NCBI GenBank assembly: GCA_023389575.1
Contig: JAEWEG010000006.1
Coordinates: 5,582 to 69,581 of the forward strand
Reading direction: 5' to 3'
DNA from: Chloroflexota bacterium
GTDB taxonomy: Bacteria; Chloroflexota; Chloroflexia; Thermomicrobiales; UBA6265
DNA length: 64,000 bases
The notes beneath the pieces are model-generated. The model ran no database searches. It saw nothing but the letters and a program-made list of their open reading frames with translations, and was not told the DNA's origin. Within the stretch, counting starts at the first letter, position 1; the number at the start of each line of letters is the position of its first letter. Shown here piece after piece: positions 27,132-37,714 of the stretch. Both the position numbers and the translations under genes were made by a program.

Positions 27132-27473
27132 GTAGTGCTCCGATAATCCAAACGACGACAGGGAGCGTTCGCGCCCTGCCAAAAATCCTTGCTCGCCGAT
27201 GGAGGGGAATGCAATTCGCCGGAAGGGTTCCCGGCGTTGTCCACCCAGCCTCGCGCTGAGTCGTGGGGAGAGTAGCAACCCATGGGTACTCATGGCAACA
27301 TCAACACCGCTTAAAAGGGGAGTTTCCACAAAATGGGCGGCCCCACATTTCATGACATGGTATGTTCCCATGCAAGACGTACGTCATAACCACAAACGTC
27401 GACGTGCGTCTTATAGAATGTGGTTCCCCACCATGCGCGGCGGTACTTTCCGCCGTGACCGATTCTGAAAAGG

Positions 27474-28859
27474 ATGCGCACGTTGCCAGCAACCAAATCT
27501 TCCCCAATTGTCCTGACCGCACGATTCGAGGAGAGTGAAGCCGGCACCCTTCGTCACATCCCGTTCGACCTGCCCAGCGGCGTTGAACAGTTTCAGTTGT
27601 CGGTCGAGTACAACGATCGGATCGGCTCCGATCCCCGCCTGACCAATGGAAACACGCTCGATATCGGCATCTTCGACCAGCACGGCATCGAAACCGGCGG
27701 CGAAGGTTTCCGGGGCTGGAGCGGGTCCACCCGGGACACCATCGTGATTGGCAAGAAGTGGTCTACCCCTCCCTACCGCACGGGCAAGCCGAACCAGGGC
27801 ACCTGGCACGTCCTGCTGGGCGCGTACAAGGTTGGAGCGTCGGGCCTGGACGCGACCATCACCATCGATCTCAATCCCGAGGTTGAAATCCCCGAGCAGG
27901 CTCCGGTTCCCGACATCGAATCGCTGGTCCGCGCGGAACTGCCGAAGCCGGCCGAGCGCAACTGGTATCGCGGCGACCTGCACGGCCACACCATCTATTC
28001 CGACGGGAACGCCACCCCCGCCGAACTGGCGGTGAAGGCCTACGAAGCCGGCCTCGACTTCTACGGCATCACCGATCACAACCGCGCCCAGTCGCCAGTT
28101 GACCTCGTTCCGTCCGGCGGAGGCTGGCCGGTGCTGGTTCCTGGCGTGGAGGTCACGACCTACGCCGGTCACTTCAATGTATGGGGAACCGACACCTGGT
28201 ACGACTTCCGCGATCCCACGGCAGAAGGCATCCAGGCCGCCGTTACCGCCGCGCGCAAGGATGGCGGTTTCGTCTCGAAGAACCACCCTCGGCCATACGG
28301 ACCCGATTGGGCCTACCCCGAGATCACTGGTTTCCACGCCGTCGAAGTGTGGAACGGCTGGTGGAATGCCCTAAACTCCGTTTCCGTTCGCGTTTGGGAC
28401 GATGCGCTGCGGGACGGGCAGAAGCTCGCGGCCGTTGGCGGCAGCGATGTTCATTTCCCCGGTCAGCCGGGTAATCCGGACAATCCGCTCAGCCCCACAC
28501 GGGTGGGCCACCCCACGATCTGGATTCAGACGAAGCGGCCACTATCGCCAAAGGCCATCATCGATGCGATTAAGGCGGGAAACTGCTTCATCACCGACGC
28601 ACCGGATGGTCCACAGATCTATATGACGCGCGAGAACGACCTGATCACCGCCCGCATCGTCGGCGGCAAGGGCACCGCGCTCGACATTATTGGCGCGAAC
28701 GGGATCATCGCCACCGAGGCGATCACGGACGATGACCAGAGCTGGAGCTTCGCGCTCAACATCCTGGGCAAGGGGCAGCCCTACGTCCGCTCGCAAATCC
28801 ACACCGAGTACGGTGGTCTTCGCGCCATATCCAACCCCATCTGGCTGCAGTCGAAGTAG
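27474..28859 (+). CDS. PHP-domain metallohydrolase (CehA/McbA-like) with N-terminal beta-rich domain
   Basis: PHP metal-binding motifs GDLHGHTIYSDG, GITDHN and GGSDVH. About 160 aa of N-terminal non-PHP domain. Confidence 0.78.
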   Translation: MRTLPATKSSPIVLTARFEESEAGTLRHIPFDLPSGVEQFQLSVEYNDRIGSDPRLTNGNTLDIGIFDQHGIETGGEGFRGWSGSTRDTIVIGKKWSTPPYRTGKPNQGTWHVLLGAYKVGASGLDATITIDLNPEVEIPEQAPVPDIESLVRAELPKPAERNWYRGDLHGHTIYSDGNATPAELAVKAYEAGLDFYGITDHNRAQSPVDLVPSGGGWPVLVPGVEVTTYAGHFNVWGTDTWYDFRDPTAEGIQAAVTAARKDGGFVSKNHPRPYGPDWAYPEITGFHAVEVWNGWWNALNSVSVRVWDDALRDGQKLAAVGGSDVHFPGQPGNPDNPLSPTRVGHPTIWIQTKRPLSPKAIIDAIKAGNCFITDAPDGPQIYMTRENDLITARIVGGKGTALDIIGANGIIATEAITDDDQSWSFALNILGKGQPYVRSQIHTEYGGLRAISNPIWLQSK

Positions 28860-28871
28860 CGATATCCGTCG

Positions 28872-29342
28872 CTACCACTCGTCCTCTTCTTCGTCGGGCG
28901 GCAACCACCCTGGTCGCCAGGGGTTGTCGCCCGGCGCTTGCCGTCCACCGAGGTGGTCGCGCTCGCTGTGATCGAGTTCGGCCAGTTCCACCATCCTGTC
29001 GATGAAACCGTCAACGCTCACGTCCGGGTCGTGGAACCGGAATCGCCCCAGTTCATGGAGCATTGTCGCTCCGGGATCGAACTGGTCACCGTAGAAGGCT
29101 AGAACGGCAACCTTCGCCAGGCGAGGATCGTCTGGCGGCAGGGTCGCGATCGCCCCGGCCAGCTCCCGGAGCCCTTCGGCCGAACGACGACTTCGCGCCG
29201 CCACCGCCGGACCCAGTCCCAGCATGTCCTGCTGCTCGCGCTGGACTCGCCAGTCGGCGATTCCAAGAATCCGCTCGCTTATCGCTCGTCGCACATCGTC
29301 GATCAATCTGTACTCCGTTATCCTGAACGTCGAGATATGCAC
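28872..29342 (-). CDS. hypothetical protein (acidic C-terminus DEEEDEW)
   Basis: 156-aa ORF with balanced composition. No family recognised. Confidence 0.5.
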   Translation of the reverse strand: MHISTFRITEYRLIDDVRRAISERILGIADWRVQREQQDMLGLGPAVAARSRRSAEGLRELAGAIATLPPDDPRLAKVAVLAFYGDQFDPGATMLHELGRFRFHDPDVSVDGFIDRMVELAELDHSERDHLGGRQAPGDNPWRPGWLPPDEEEDEW

Positions 29343-29418
29343 GTTTTCCTCGCCAGCGGAGGAACCTCAAGGTGACCATGCTACCGCACCTGGCCGTTCC
29401 GGCATCCGGATCACCAGA

Positions 29419-30390
29419 TTGAACATCGATACGACCGTCGAACCTGCTCGCGGAACCGAAGTCTCGCCCGACCTGTCGGACGTCACCGCATCGAGCGCGG
29501 GACTCGCGAAACTCTCGCTCGCCTCCTCGCAGCTCCTCGTCGGCACCACGGTGATCAGCGCCCGATACATGGTCGAGGCGTTTCCGCTGATGATCGGGCT
29601 CGCCATCCGCCAGAGCCTGGCGACCGTCGCCATCGTCCTGATCATGAGGCTGCTGAAACAACGGCTCCCGGAGATGTCGCGCCGGAGCCATGTCATCGTG
29701 TTCGCCCAGGCGCTTACAGGTGTCGTCCTGTTCAATGCCCTGCTGATGCTGGGGGTCGATCGCACAACCGCCACGGCGTCCGGCATTATCACCAGCACCG
29801 TACCCGCCGCCATCGCGCTGCTGTCGCTGGCCCTGGGCGAACGCATCTCGCGGATCACGGCCATTGGCATCGGCGTCGCGATCAGTGGCGTGCTGATCGC
29901 CAACACCGCCCAGGCGAACCCCGAGGCGGATGGCGGAAGCGCGCCGTTGATTGGCGGCGCGCTGGTCATGGGCGCGGTCATTTGCGAGGCGTTGTTCACC
30001 ATCCTCGGGAAGTCCCTGGGAGGTCGGATGAACCCACTCCAGAACTGCCTGCTGGTCTGCCTCTACGGTGCCGCCATGCTGATCCCGATGGCCCTCTGGC
30101 AAGTACCCGGCTTCGATCCGTCCTCGGTACCTGCGTCCGGCTGGCTTGCCATCGCCTGGTCGGCCGGCCCAGTGATGATCGGCGGGTTCTTCCTGTGGTT
30201 CAACGGCCTGCGGGTGATTCCCTCCAGCAGCGCCGCCGTGTTCACCGGCCTTATCCCGGTCAGCGCCCTTGCCTGCTCGTTCGTTTTGCTTGGAGAGCAG
30301 ATCACCTGGCGGCACATCGTGGGCATGGCGCTCGCGATTCTGGCCGTGTACCTGGTGGCCCGCGCCCCTCGAACTCGCCCAGCCCCTTAG
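29419..30390 (+). CDS. EamA/DMT family transporter
   Basis: About 10 hydrophobic helices in two repeats, typical of EamA. The start is uncertain: the ORF-track start at 29224 overlaps the divergent gene, and TTG 29419 is the first in-frame start clear of it. Confidence 0.75.
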   Translation: MNIDTTVEPARGTEVSPDLSDVTASSAGLAKLSLASSQLLVGTTVISARYMVEAFPLMIGLAIRQSLATVAIVLIMRLLKQRLPEMSRRSHVIVFAQALTGVVLFNALLMLGVDRTTATASGIITSTVPAAIALLSLALGERISRITAIGIGVAISGVLIANTAQANPEADGGSAPLIGGALVMGAVICEALFTILGKSLGGRMNPLQNCLLVCLYGAAMLIPMALWQVPGFDPSSVPASGWLAIAWSAGPVMIGGFFLWFNGLRVIPSSSAAVFTGLIPVSALACSFVLLGEQITWRHIVGMALAILAVYLVARAPRTRPAP

Positions 30391-30448
30391 TCCGCTACCC
30401 TCCCCGGTTCAGGGCATCAAGGCAAAAAAACTCGCGTGGCGTCGCGTG

Positions 30449-30916
30449 CTACAACAAGACCGCCACCACGAATATCACAACCAGGATGACGAGGATCACC
30501 GCGCCGATCCGCATTACTGGGAGGCTGGAAGACGGCGTCGCGGTCGTGGCCCTGGGTGATTCGACCAGAGCGCCGCTGGCGCGGTAATCGGCGAACGACA
30601 TTCGTTCCTTTCGCTCCTCGCACAGCTTCTCAAAGGTGAGAATGCGATCGGCAAGCTGGGCCGGATCGGATTCCGCCCAATCGAACTCGTAGTCGCTCCA
30701 CCGCCGCTCAAGTTCCACCACGGTCGTCAGCGAATCGTGTTCCGACGCTTCCGCGCCGTCCATCGCCAACGCGTAGGCGCGCTGATCGCGCGAGATTTCG
30801 TCGATCAGGTCACTCCGCACCTGCTCGAACGACTTCCCCGCGTACACGGGATGCCAGGTGAAACCTTGACTTGTCGCCCCACCCGCTGCATTCCCGGGTT
30901 CCTTCGTCTCCGACAC
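30449..30916 (-). CDS. hypothetical tail-anchored membrane protein
   Basis: 155-aa soluble domain with a single C-terminal TM (MRIGAVILVILVVIFVVAVLL). Confidence 0.55.
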   Translation of the reverse strand: MSETKEPGNAAGGATSQGFTWHPVYAGKSFEQVRSDLIDEISRDQRAYALAMDGAEASEHDSLTTVVELERRWSDYEFDWAESDPAQLADRILTFEKLCEERKERMSFADYRASGALVESPRATTATPSSSLPVMRIGAVILVILVVIFVVAVLL

Positions 30917-31038
30917 TCACGGTCCTTTCCGCCAGGATCCAAGCGAATGACCCCATCCTTCGCCACAGCGACGTAGGGAACCATCCGCGTGCGTTCATCT
31001 CCCAATTCTAGACCGGGATGCCCGCCAGGAACGTATCG

Positions 31039-33648
31039 CTAGAGCGCGATCGTCCCCTCGTACACAAGATCCCGGCAGCGCATTTCGATCTCGGCCGGGT
31101 CGATTTCCACCCGGGCCAGACCGGTCGCCTGCGCCGTGCGCGCGACCGCCGCGGCAACCCGAGGCGCGACGCGCAGGTCGAGGCTGTCCGGAATCAGGAA
31201 CTCCGGCGTCAGCTTCTCTGGCGTGACCAGGTCGGCGATGGCGTGAGCCGCGGCGATCTTCATCTCGTCGCTGATCGTTCGGGCCCGCACATCGAGCGCG
31301 CCGCGGAAAACCCCCGGGAACGCAAGGGAGTTGTTCACCTGATTGGGGAAATCGCTCCGGCCCGTCGCGATCGCGAAGGCGCCAGCCTCCCGCGCCAGGT
31401 CGGGCGTGATCTCCGGCGTGGGGTTCGCCAGCGCGAAGATCATCGGATCGCTCGCCATCGTCCGGATCATGTCGCCAGTCAGGGTGCCAGGCGCCGACAG
31501 ACCAACGAAGACGTCCGCTCCGGGAAGCACGTCCGCCAGGCTGCCCTGCTTGCCGCCACGGTTGGTGATTTCCGCCAGTGCCTGCTTCGATCCATCGAGG
31601 CCTGGTCGACCCTTGTAGATCGCACCCTTACGGTCGCAGACGATCACGTCAGCCACGCCAACCGTGTCCAGCAACCTCGCCACGGCGACGCCGGCCGCGC
31701 CCGCGCCATTGATGACGATGCGCACGTTGCCCAGATCCTCGCCGCGCAACTTCGCGGCGTTCAGCAGGGCCGCCAGCACAATGATGGCGGTGCCGTGCTG
31801 GTCATCGTGGAACACCGGCATGTCGAGCGCTTCACGCAGCTTGTTTTCAATCTCGAAGCAACGCGGCGCCGAAATGTCCTCCAGGTTGATGCCCCCAAAT
31901 GACGGTGAAATCGCCGTGACGATACGCACGATCTCGTCCGGATCGCGCGAGGCCAGGCAGATCGGGAAGGCCTCGACGCCCGCCAGCGTCTGGAACAGCA
32001 CGGCCTTGCCTTCCATCACCGGCAGGCCCGCCTGCGGGCCGATATCGCCCAGGCCGAGCACGGCGGACCCGTCGGTCACGATCGCAACGAGATTGCCTTT
32101 GGCGGTCAGTTCCGTCACCGTCGACGGGTCGTCGCGAATGACATGCGCCGGCACAAGCGCCTTCGGCGGCACGTAAAGCGTGTTCAGGATGTGGTGGTCG
32201 CGGATGGGAATCTTGCTCCGGATTTCCAGAATGCCTCCGTGCCGCTCCCGGAGGTCGATCGCCTCTTCCCGGAGGCTGCGGTCTTCCTTTCGCACGCTCG
32301 ATCGGGCCGGGGTCAGGCGCCCCTCGTACACGTATCGCCGGGTCTTGGCCGCCACCTCATCGGCGTCGACTTCCCGCGTCGCCTCGCCGGTTTCCTGCGC
32401 TGCCCGGACAACCGCCGCCGCGATCGCCGGCGCCACCCGGAAATCGAAGATCCGGGGCAGGATGTTGTCCGCGTGCAGCTCGTTGGCGGGCACCATGTCC
32501 GCCAGCGCCCTCGCCGCGCCGAGCATCATCCGCAACCGGATATGCGTCGCGCCCGAGTCCAGCAAGCCTCGGAAGAAGCCCGGGAACACCAACGACACGT
32601 CCATCACGTTCGGGAAGTCCGAGCGTCCGGTCGCGATGACTTTCGCCCCAGCCTCGCGCGCCGCGTCCGGCTGAATCTCAGGGGTAGGCACCGCCAGCGC
32701 GAAGATGATCGGGTTGGGGGCCATCTCGCGGACCATGTCGGCCGTCACGATATCGCCGGTCGAGAGCCCGACGAACACGTCGGCGCCCTTCAGCATCTCG
32801 CCCAGGGAGCCCTTGCGCTGCTGGTGGTTGGTTTCCTTGGCGACGTACGACTTCGCCCAATTCATCCGCTCCGGCCGGTAGCGATAAATCGCCCCGGCCC
32901 GATCGCATACCACCAGATTTCGAACCCCGGCCCGCGTGAGCAGCCGGGCCACGCCGATGCCGGCGATTCCCGCCCCGCTCAGAACCACGGAGATGTCCTC
33001 GAGTCGCTTGCCCGTCACCTTCAACGCATTGTGGAGCGCGCCGAGCACCAGGATGGCTGTTCCGTGGTGCTGGTTGGAGAACACCGGGATATCCGCCGCC
33101 TTGTCGAAGTTATCGGCGATGGTGAAGGCTCGTGGCGAGGAGATGTCGTCCAGGCAGATCGCGCCAAAAGTCGGCGATATCGCCACCCCAGTGTCCACGA
33201 TCTCGCCAACGTCATGAGTCGACAGGCAGATCGGCATCGCATCGATACCCGCGAACGTCTTGAAGATGACGCTCTTCGCCTCCGCCAGCGGAATGGCCGC
33301 TTCCGCTGGACCACTCTCCCGCCCAAAAATGTCCGAACCGTCGGTAAGGATCGCCACCGTGTTGCCTCGGCAAGTCAGGTCATATGACCGGACCGTGTCG
33401 TCCTTGATGGCAAGACAGGCCTCGGCCACGCCCGGCGTATACACAAGGGAAAGCACGGACCGGTCGCGGATGGGCACCTTGGACCCAACACCAATCAGGC
33501 CCCGGTACCGCCGCCGGTAATCGAGCCCTTCATCGTCATCGGTGTAGTCCATGCCGTTGGTCGTCGTGGCCTGGGGCGCGGGTTCAGTTCCCGGGAAGCC
33601 GTCTTCGCCCTCGGGCACGGGTATGGAAAAGGTCTCGTCATCGACCAT
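31039..33648 (-). CDS. tandem-duplicated NAD(P)-dependent malic enzyme: degenerate N-terminal module fused to a canonical C-terminal module
   Basis: The 869-aa product contains two collinear malic-enzyme modules (aa ~43-444 and ~462-869). Module 2 has [52 protein letters not shown] and SDFPNQVNN. Module 1 aligns throughout but reads [40 protein letters not shown] and [12 protein letters not shown] 33648 is preceded by GGGAGG. Confidence 0.88.
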   Translation of the reverse strand: MVDDETFSIPVPEGEDGFPGTEPAPQATTTNGMDYTDDDEGLDYRRRYRGLIGVGSKVPIRDRSVLSLVYTPGVAEACLAIKDDTVRSYDLTCRGNTVAILTDGSDIFGRESGPAEAAIPLAEAKSVIFKTFAGIDAMPICLSTHDVGEIVDTGVAISPTFGAICLDDISSPRAFTIADNFDKAADIPVFSNQHHGTAILVLGALHNALKVTGKRLEDISVVLSGAGIAGIGVARLLTRAGVRNLVVCDRAGAIYRYRPERMNWAKSYVAKETNHQQRKGSLGEMLKGADVFVGLSTGDIVTADMVREMAPNPIIFALAVPTPEIQPDAAREAGAKVIATGRSDFPNVMDVSLVFPGFFRGLLDSGATHIRLRMMLGAARALADMVPANELHADNILPRIFDFRVAPAIAAAVVRAAQETGEATREVDADEVAAKTRRYVYEGRLTPARSSVRKEDRSLREEAIDLRERHGGILEIRSKIPIRDHHILNTLYVPPKALVPAHVIRDDPSTVTELTAKGNLVAIVTDGSAVLGLGDIGPQAGLPVMEGKAVLFQTLAGVEAFPICLASRDPDEIVRIVTAISPSFGGINLEDISAPRCFEIENKLREALDMPVFHDDQHGTAIIVLAALLNAAKLRGEDLGNVRIVINGAGAAGVAVARLLDTVGVADVIVCDRKGAIYKGRPGLDGSKQALAEITNRGGKQGSLADVLPGADVFVGLSAPGTLTGDMIRTMASDPMIFALANPTPEITPDLAREAGAFAIATGRSDFPNQVNNSLAFPGVFRGALDVRARTISDEMKIAAAHAIADLVTPEKLTPEFLIPDSLDLRVAPRVAAAVARTAQATGLARVEIDPAEIEMRCRDLVYEGTIAL

Positions 33649-33850
33649 GCTGGACCTCCCGCGGCTGGGCTTGTCGGGGTTCGAAGAGTTCTTGATCTCA
33701 GCGTGCGCCACGTAGTGTTTCCTCCCGTACTCGGCTTCACCGGAGCGCTGGGCACGATGGTTCATCTTGCACCGGTGTGAACGACGTATGAGCAATGGTA
33801 CAACGTCCGGCTCGCCACACCTTTTGGCCCGCCTGGAACCATCACAAAAA

Positions 33851-33882
33851 GACCGCGAGCGGCGGAATCGCCACTCGCGGTC
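33851..33882 (-). terminator. intrinsic terminator (bidirectional-looking)
   Basis: 9-bp stem GACCGCGAG / CTCGCGGTC flanked by AAAAA and TTTCTT. On the minus strand it follows the lipoprotein gene stop (33914). Confidence 0.7.
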
Positions 33883-33913
33883 TTTCTTCGGAATCCTGGT
33901 TGGAACGGCCGGC

Positions 33914-34342
33914 CTAGCTGGCTGGCGTCGCGGCAATCGGAGACGCCACAGGTGAGGCTACTGGCGAAGCAATCGGCGATGCGATTACGCCAGGAACGGT
34001 GATCGGCGTGGCCGAATCAACCGCGGCCGGGCTGGCCTCGCCCATCACTGGGGTGGCCTCGCCCATCACTGGAGTGGCGGCATCCATCACGGGCGTGGCG
34101 CCCTCAACGACTGGGCTGGCGGCGGCCGGGCTAGCGGCGGTCTCCTCGGGAGTCGTCACGACTTCCTCGGTGGGCTCTTCGGTCGCTTCCTCGGTCACGG
34201 CCTCGGTTGGCGGCGCGGCCGTTGGTGTTGGATCCTCGTCGTCATCGCCTCCGCAGCTCACAAGGAGCAGCGTGCTGAGGCCAATCGCGGCGAGTGACAT
34301 GGCCTTGCGACGTTTCCCGTGAAACGCGGTAGATCGAAACAC
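33914..34342 (-). CDS. small low-complexity lipoprotein (acidic/PT-rich, ATPVMG repeats)
   Basis: GTG 34342 is preceded by GAGGAGGGG. Signal plus lipobox reads KRRKAMSLAAIGLSTLLLVSC. The mature part is D/E/T/P-rich, with ATPVM(D/G) three times and ASP(I/V) four times. Confidence 0.62.
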   Translation of the reverse strand: MFRSTAFHGKRRKAMSLAAIGLSTLLLVSCGGDDDEDPTPTAAPPTEAVTEEATEEPTEEVVTTPEETAASPAAASPVVEGATPVMDAATPVMGEATPVMGEASPAAVDSATPITVPGVIASPIASPVASPVASPIAATPAS

Positions 34343-34547
34343 GTGTTCCCCTCCTCTGTGATGACCTTGCTTCCCTTGAGTGCACGGCGCGTCATGGCGT
34401 GCCGAAGTGATGCAGTTCACAATATCGCACTCTTGTCCCTGATGCTACCCTTCGCGAAGGGACAAATCTCCCGCATCAGCCGTCAAGTATACCCGCGTCA
34501 TGCGCCCGGCGGGCGCATCGCACCGTCAGCGTCGTCCCATCACGGAA

Positions 34548-35474
34548 ATGGACTGGACCAACATGCCCATCGAAATCGACTACCGCGGCCCACTGCGCGC
34601 CGAGCTCGACGCGGCCCTCCTGGCCGGCGAGCAGGCATCCACCACCATCCTGGATTTCTACAATGCCCATACCGCCAAGACCTACGTCAAGGGTGATGGC
34701 TCTCCCGTCACCGATGCCGACCTGGCATCCGACAAGGTCATCCGTGAGGTACTCGGTTCCGCCTTCCCCAACGACGCACTGATGACCGAAGAGGGAGCGA
34801 AGGACCTTGCCCGTCTGGACCACGACCGGTGCTGGATCGCCGATCCGATCGATGGCACCGCCCAGTACGTCGCCGGAACGGGGCTGTTCGACATCATGGT
34901 CGCGCTCGTGGAGCATGGCCGGCCGATCGTCGCCGTATCAGTCCAGCCCGTTCGTGGCCGGGTCCAGGCAGCGGTGGTCGGTGAAGGCGCCTGGGAGTAC
35001 CTCGACGGGAAAACCATGCCCCTCCGGCTGGGACCACCATCCACGCCACCACGAGTCGTCTCCTCGAAATGGTATGGAGGGCGCGAATCGGAACGGGCCG
35101 CGGCCATCGTCCGGATAGGCGAGCGGCTCTCCGTGGAATCGCCATCAATACTCGAGGTTGGCTTCCAGACCCGTGCGTTCTCGCCCGACGCGGATGCCTT
35201 CGACACGTTCATTGGCCTTCCCCAGTCCGACAAGGGCTCGATCGCCCAGGAGTGGGATCTCGCCTGCATCGACCTCCTGACCCATGAGGCCGGTGGTTCG
35301 CTGACCGACTGCTGGGGCCGGCTCCACCGCTACAACAAGCGCTCGACCAGCATCGCCGGAGGCATCCTGGCCAGCAACGATCCAACTCTCCACGCGCGCG
35401 TCGTCGAGGCCGTGGGGCCCGAGCTACCACCCAACCCACCCGCGACCGATCCGTTCGACGACGGCATCGAGTAG
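34548..35474 (+). CDS. inositol monophosphatase / CysQ family phosphatase
   Basis: Family motifs SPVTDADLASD, LMTEEG and WIADPIDGTAQY. Start is uncertain (34500, 34548 or 34563). Confidence 0.78.
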   Translation: MDWTNMPIEIDYRGPLRAELDAALLAGEQASTTILDFYNAHTAKTYVKGDGSPVTDADLASDKVIREVLGSAFPNDALMTEEGAKDLARLDHDRCWIADPIDGTAQYVAGTGLFDIMVALVEHGRPIVAVSVQPVRGRVQAAVVGEGAWEYLDGKTMPLRLGPPSTPPRVVSSKWYGGRESERAAAIVRIGERLSVESPSILEVGFQTRAFSPDADAFDTFIGLPQSDKGSIAQEWDLACIDLLTHEAGGSLTDCWGRLHRYNKRSTSIAGGILASNDPTLHARVVEAVGPELPPNPPATDPFDDGIE

Positions 35475-35500
35475 CCCACATTCGTCTCCTACCAGCAATC

Positions 35501-35543
35501 GAAAAAGGGCGCCCGGCACGTTATGTGCCGGGCGCCCTTTTTC
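35501..35543. terminator. bidirectional intrinsic terminator between convergent genes
   Basis: Perfect 19-bp stem GAAAAAGGGCGCCCGGCAC / GTGCCGGGCGCCCTTTTTC with a 5-nt loop and A/T runs on both sides. Confidence 0.85.
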
Positions 35544-35574
35544 GATTTCGACCCGCGGCGATGTCCGCCGCGGA

Positions 35575-36345
35575 TTATTCCAGGACCAGTTGCGACGCGG
35601 CGTCCGCGTCCACGATCACCGTAAGCTTCTCCGCGATCGTCTGCAAGTACGAACCCGGCACCTCGTCGGTCACCGGTCCCTCCAGCGACTGGCGCAGAAT
35701 TCCCGACTTCGAGCTCCCGCTCACGATCAGAACCACCTGCTCGGCCTCCAGGAACCGGCTGACACCCACCGTCATCGCCTGGGCCGGAATCTCCTCACCT
35801 TCCTCGTAGTAGGCCGCGTTCTGGTCGCGCGACTCATCCGTCAGGTCCACGATCCGCGTTGGAGCATCGATCGGCGAGCCTGGCTCGTTGAACCCGATGT
35901 GACCATTCCGCCCCAGGCCCAGCACGGCCAACCTGAAGCCGCCAAGGTCCTGGATCGCCTTGTCGTAGGCGGCGAGCGCCTCATGCGGGTTCTCGGCCAA
36001 CGTGGGCACCAGGTGAACATGCGGCCCGTGAACCTTGGCTGGGGTCAGGAACGCATCGTCAAGCCACGCCGTCAGGCTGGTCTTGTCGTCGATCCCCTTC
36101 CCCAGGTAGTCGTCCATGCAAAAGAACTCAATCGAACCGAAGTCGATCGCGCCGGCCTCGATTCGCCGCGTCAGTTCATCGTACATGCCCCGCGGCGTCT
36201 CGCCAGTCGGCAACGTGATCGCGCTGCCCGGATTCGCGGCGATCACCTGCTCGACGATATCCGCGGCCAGCGCGCTCATCTCCTCATAGGTCTCCGCCAC
36301 AACCACGCGAATCCCCGACGCCTTCACCACTGCCTCACGGGCCAT
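35575..36345 (-). CDS. nagB: glucosamine-6-phosphate deaminase
   Basis: ITLPTGETPRGMY, LGLGRNGHIGFNEPGS and QVVLIVSGSSK motifs. ATG 36345 is preceded by GAGGAAG. Confidence 0.87.
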   Translation of the reverse strand: MAREAVVKASGIRVVVAETYEEMSALAADIVEQVIAANPGSAITLPTGETPRGMYDELTRRIEAGAIDFGSIEFFCMDDYLGKGIDDKTSLTAWLDDAFLTPAKVHGPHVHLVPTLAENPHEALAAYDKAIQDLGGFRLAVLGLGRNGHIGFNEPGSPIDAPTRIVDLTDESRDQNAAYYEEGEEIPAQAMTVGVSRFLEAEQVVLIVSGSSKSGILRQSLEGPVTDEVPGSYLQTIAEKLTVIVDADAASQLVLE

Positions 36346-36494
36346 CCAGCCGCTTCCTCTCATCGTCCTGCGAGAATCATCATCAACGGGCCCGGTTTCG
36401 GGCGGGATCGCCTGCTCCGTGGCCCGCATCCCGCCTATCATAGTCCTTCGCCGCGCGGCGAATTGGCGGAACTTCACGGGTCAAGGGGAAACGC

Positions 36495-37628
36495 ATGCAG
36501 CACTGGTCGGAACCGTTGAACGCGCTCGACACATGGATCGCGGAAGGTGTCGTCAACGGCGCGTCCGCCGCCGTCTGGCACGACGGAGACATTGTGGCGA
36601 CGCACCAGTCAGGCGAGGCCAAACCCGGGCGGCCGGTTACCACCGAAACACTCTTCGCGCTCGCCTCCGTCTCCAAGCCCATCACCGTCGCCGCCATCAT
36701 GCGCGCCGTGCAGGAAGGTCAGCTCACGCTCGACGCACCCGTGGCCGCGCTCGTTCCCGACTTCGGCGAGGTCGACGACCCGCTCGACAGCGAGGTCCTC
36801 CCCCAACTCGAGGCGCTCCGGGACCGCATCAGCCTCCGCCAGCTGCTCAGTCATACATCCGGCCTGCCAGAGAATGCCGGCACGAAGCGTGTCCGCATGC
36901 GCGATCTTCCATCCCTCGACGCAATCGTCGACGCCATGTGTGGCGTGCCACTCCAGTCAGCTCCCGGCGAGGTACTCCGCTATTCGAACGTCGGAATCGG
37001 GATCGCTGGCCGCGCGCTGGAACTCGCCACTGGCCGGGGCGTGCACGACATCATCAATCAGGACGTATTCCCGACTCTCGGCCTGAGGGCCATCGCGACT
37101 CATCCAGACGAATCCTGGGACGACCGCATCGCGATCGTGCAGGACCCATCCTCGGCCGGAACTCCCGCCGAGAGCTACAACAGCGAGTGGTGGCGTTCGA
37201 TTGGCATCACCTGGGGTGGCTACTTCGGCACGCCTACCGATCTCGCCTCTTTCGCCTCCTCCTTCTTCGAAGGCGCCGATTCACCGCTGGGTGACGATAC
37301 GAAGGCCGAAATGATTGTGGACCAGACGGGAGGCGTTCCCGGCGGCGTCAACTCCGCCGGCATCCACTGGGATCGCGGCGCCTGGGGATTGGGCTGGGAG
37401 GTCGCGAGCGACAAGCGACATCACTGGACCGGCACGCTTCGCTCTCCCCGCACCTTCTGCCACTGGGGCCAGTCCGGCACGCTCGTCTGGGCCGACCCGG
37501 AACGTGACCTCGTCCTCGCCGTGTTCGCCAATCGCTCCGTGCTCAAGCCGTGGCCGCTGCGGCCGCCTCGCTGGTCGGCACTCAGCGACGCATTGGTGGA
37601 AACTCACGATTCGTCGCGCCCCCGCTAA
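36495..37628 (+). CDS. beta-lactamase-family serine hydrolase (class C/esterase-like)
   Basis: S-x-x-K motif (FALASVSKPIT) and Y-x-N motif (RYSNVG). 377 aa with no obvious signal peptide. Confidence 0.83.
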   Translation: MQHWSEPLNALDTWIAEGVVNGASAAVWHDGDIVATHQSGEAKPGRPVTTETLFALASVSKPITVAAIMRAVQEGQLTLDAPVAALVPDFGEVDDPLDSEVLPQLEALRDRISLRQLLSHTSGLPENAGTKRVRMRDLPSLDAIVDAMCGVPLQSAPGEVLRYSNVGIGIAGRALELATGRGVHDIINQDVFPTLGLRAIATHPDESWDDRIAIVQDPSSAGTPAESYNSEWWRSIGITWGGYFGTPTDLASFASSFFEGADSPLGDDTKAEMIVDQTGGVPGGVNSAGIHWDRGAWGLGWEVASDKRHHWTGTLRSPRTFCHWGQSGTLVWADPERDLVLAVFANRSVLKPWPLRPPRWSALSDALVETHDSSRPR

Positions 37629-37714
37629 CCACCAGCGTCAATCTGTCGTATCCTCACAACCAACCTGATTCCGCCGACCGCCGCCGACCGAGTTCCCGAA
37701 GGAGTGCCACCTCC

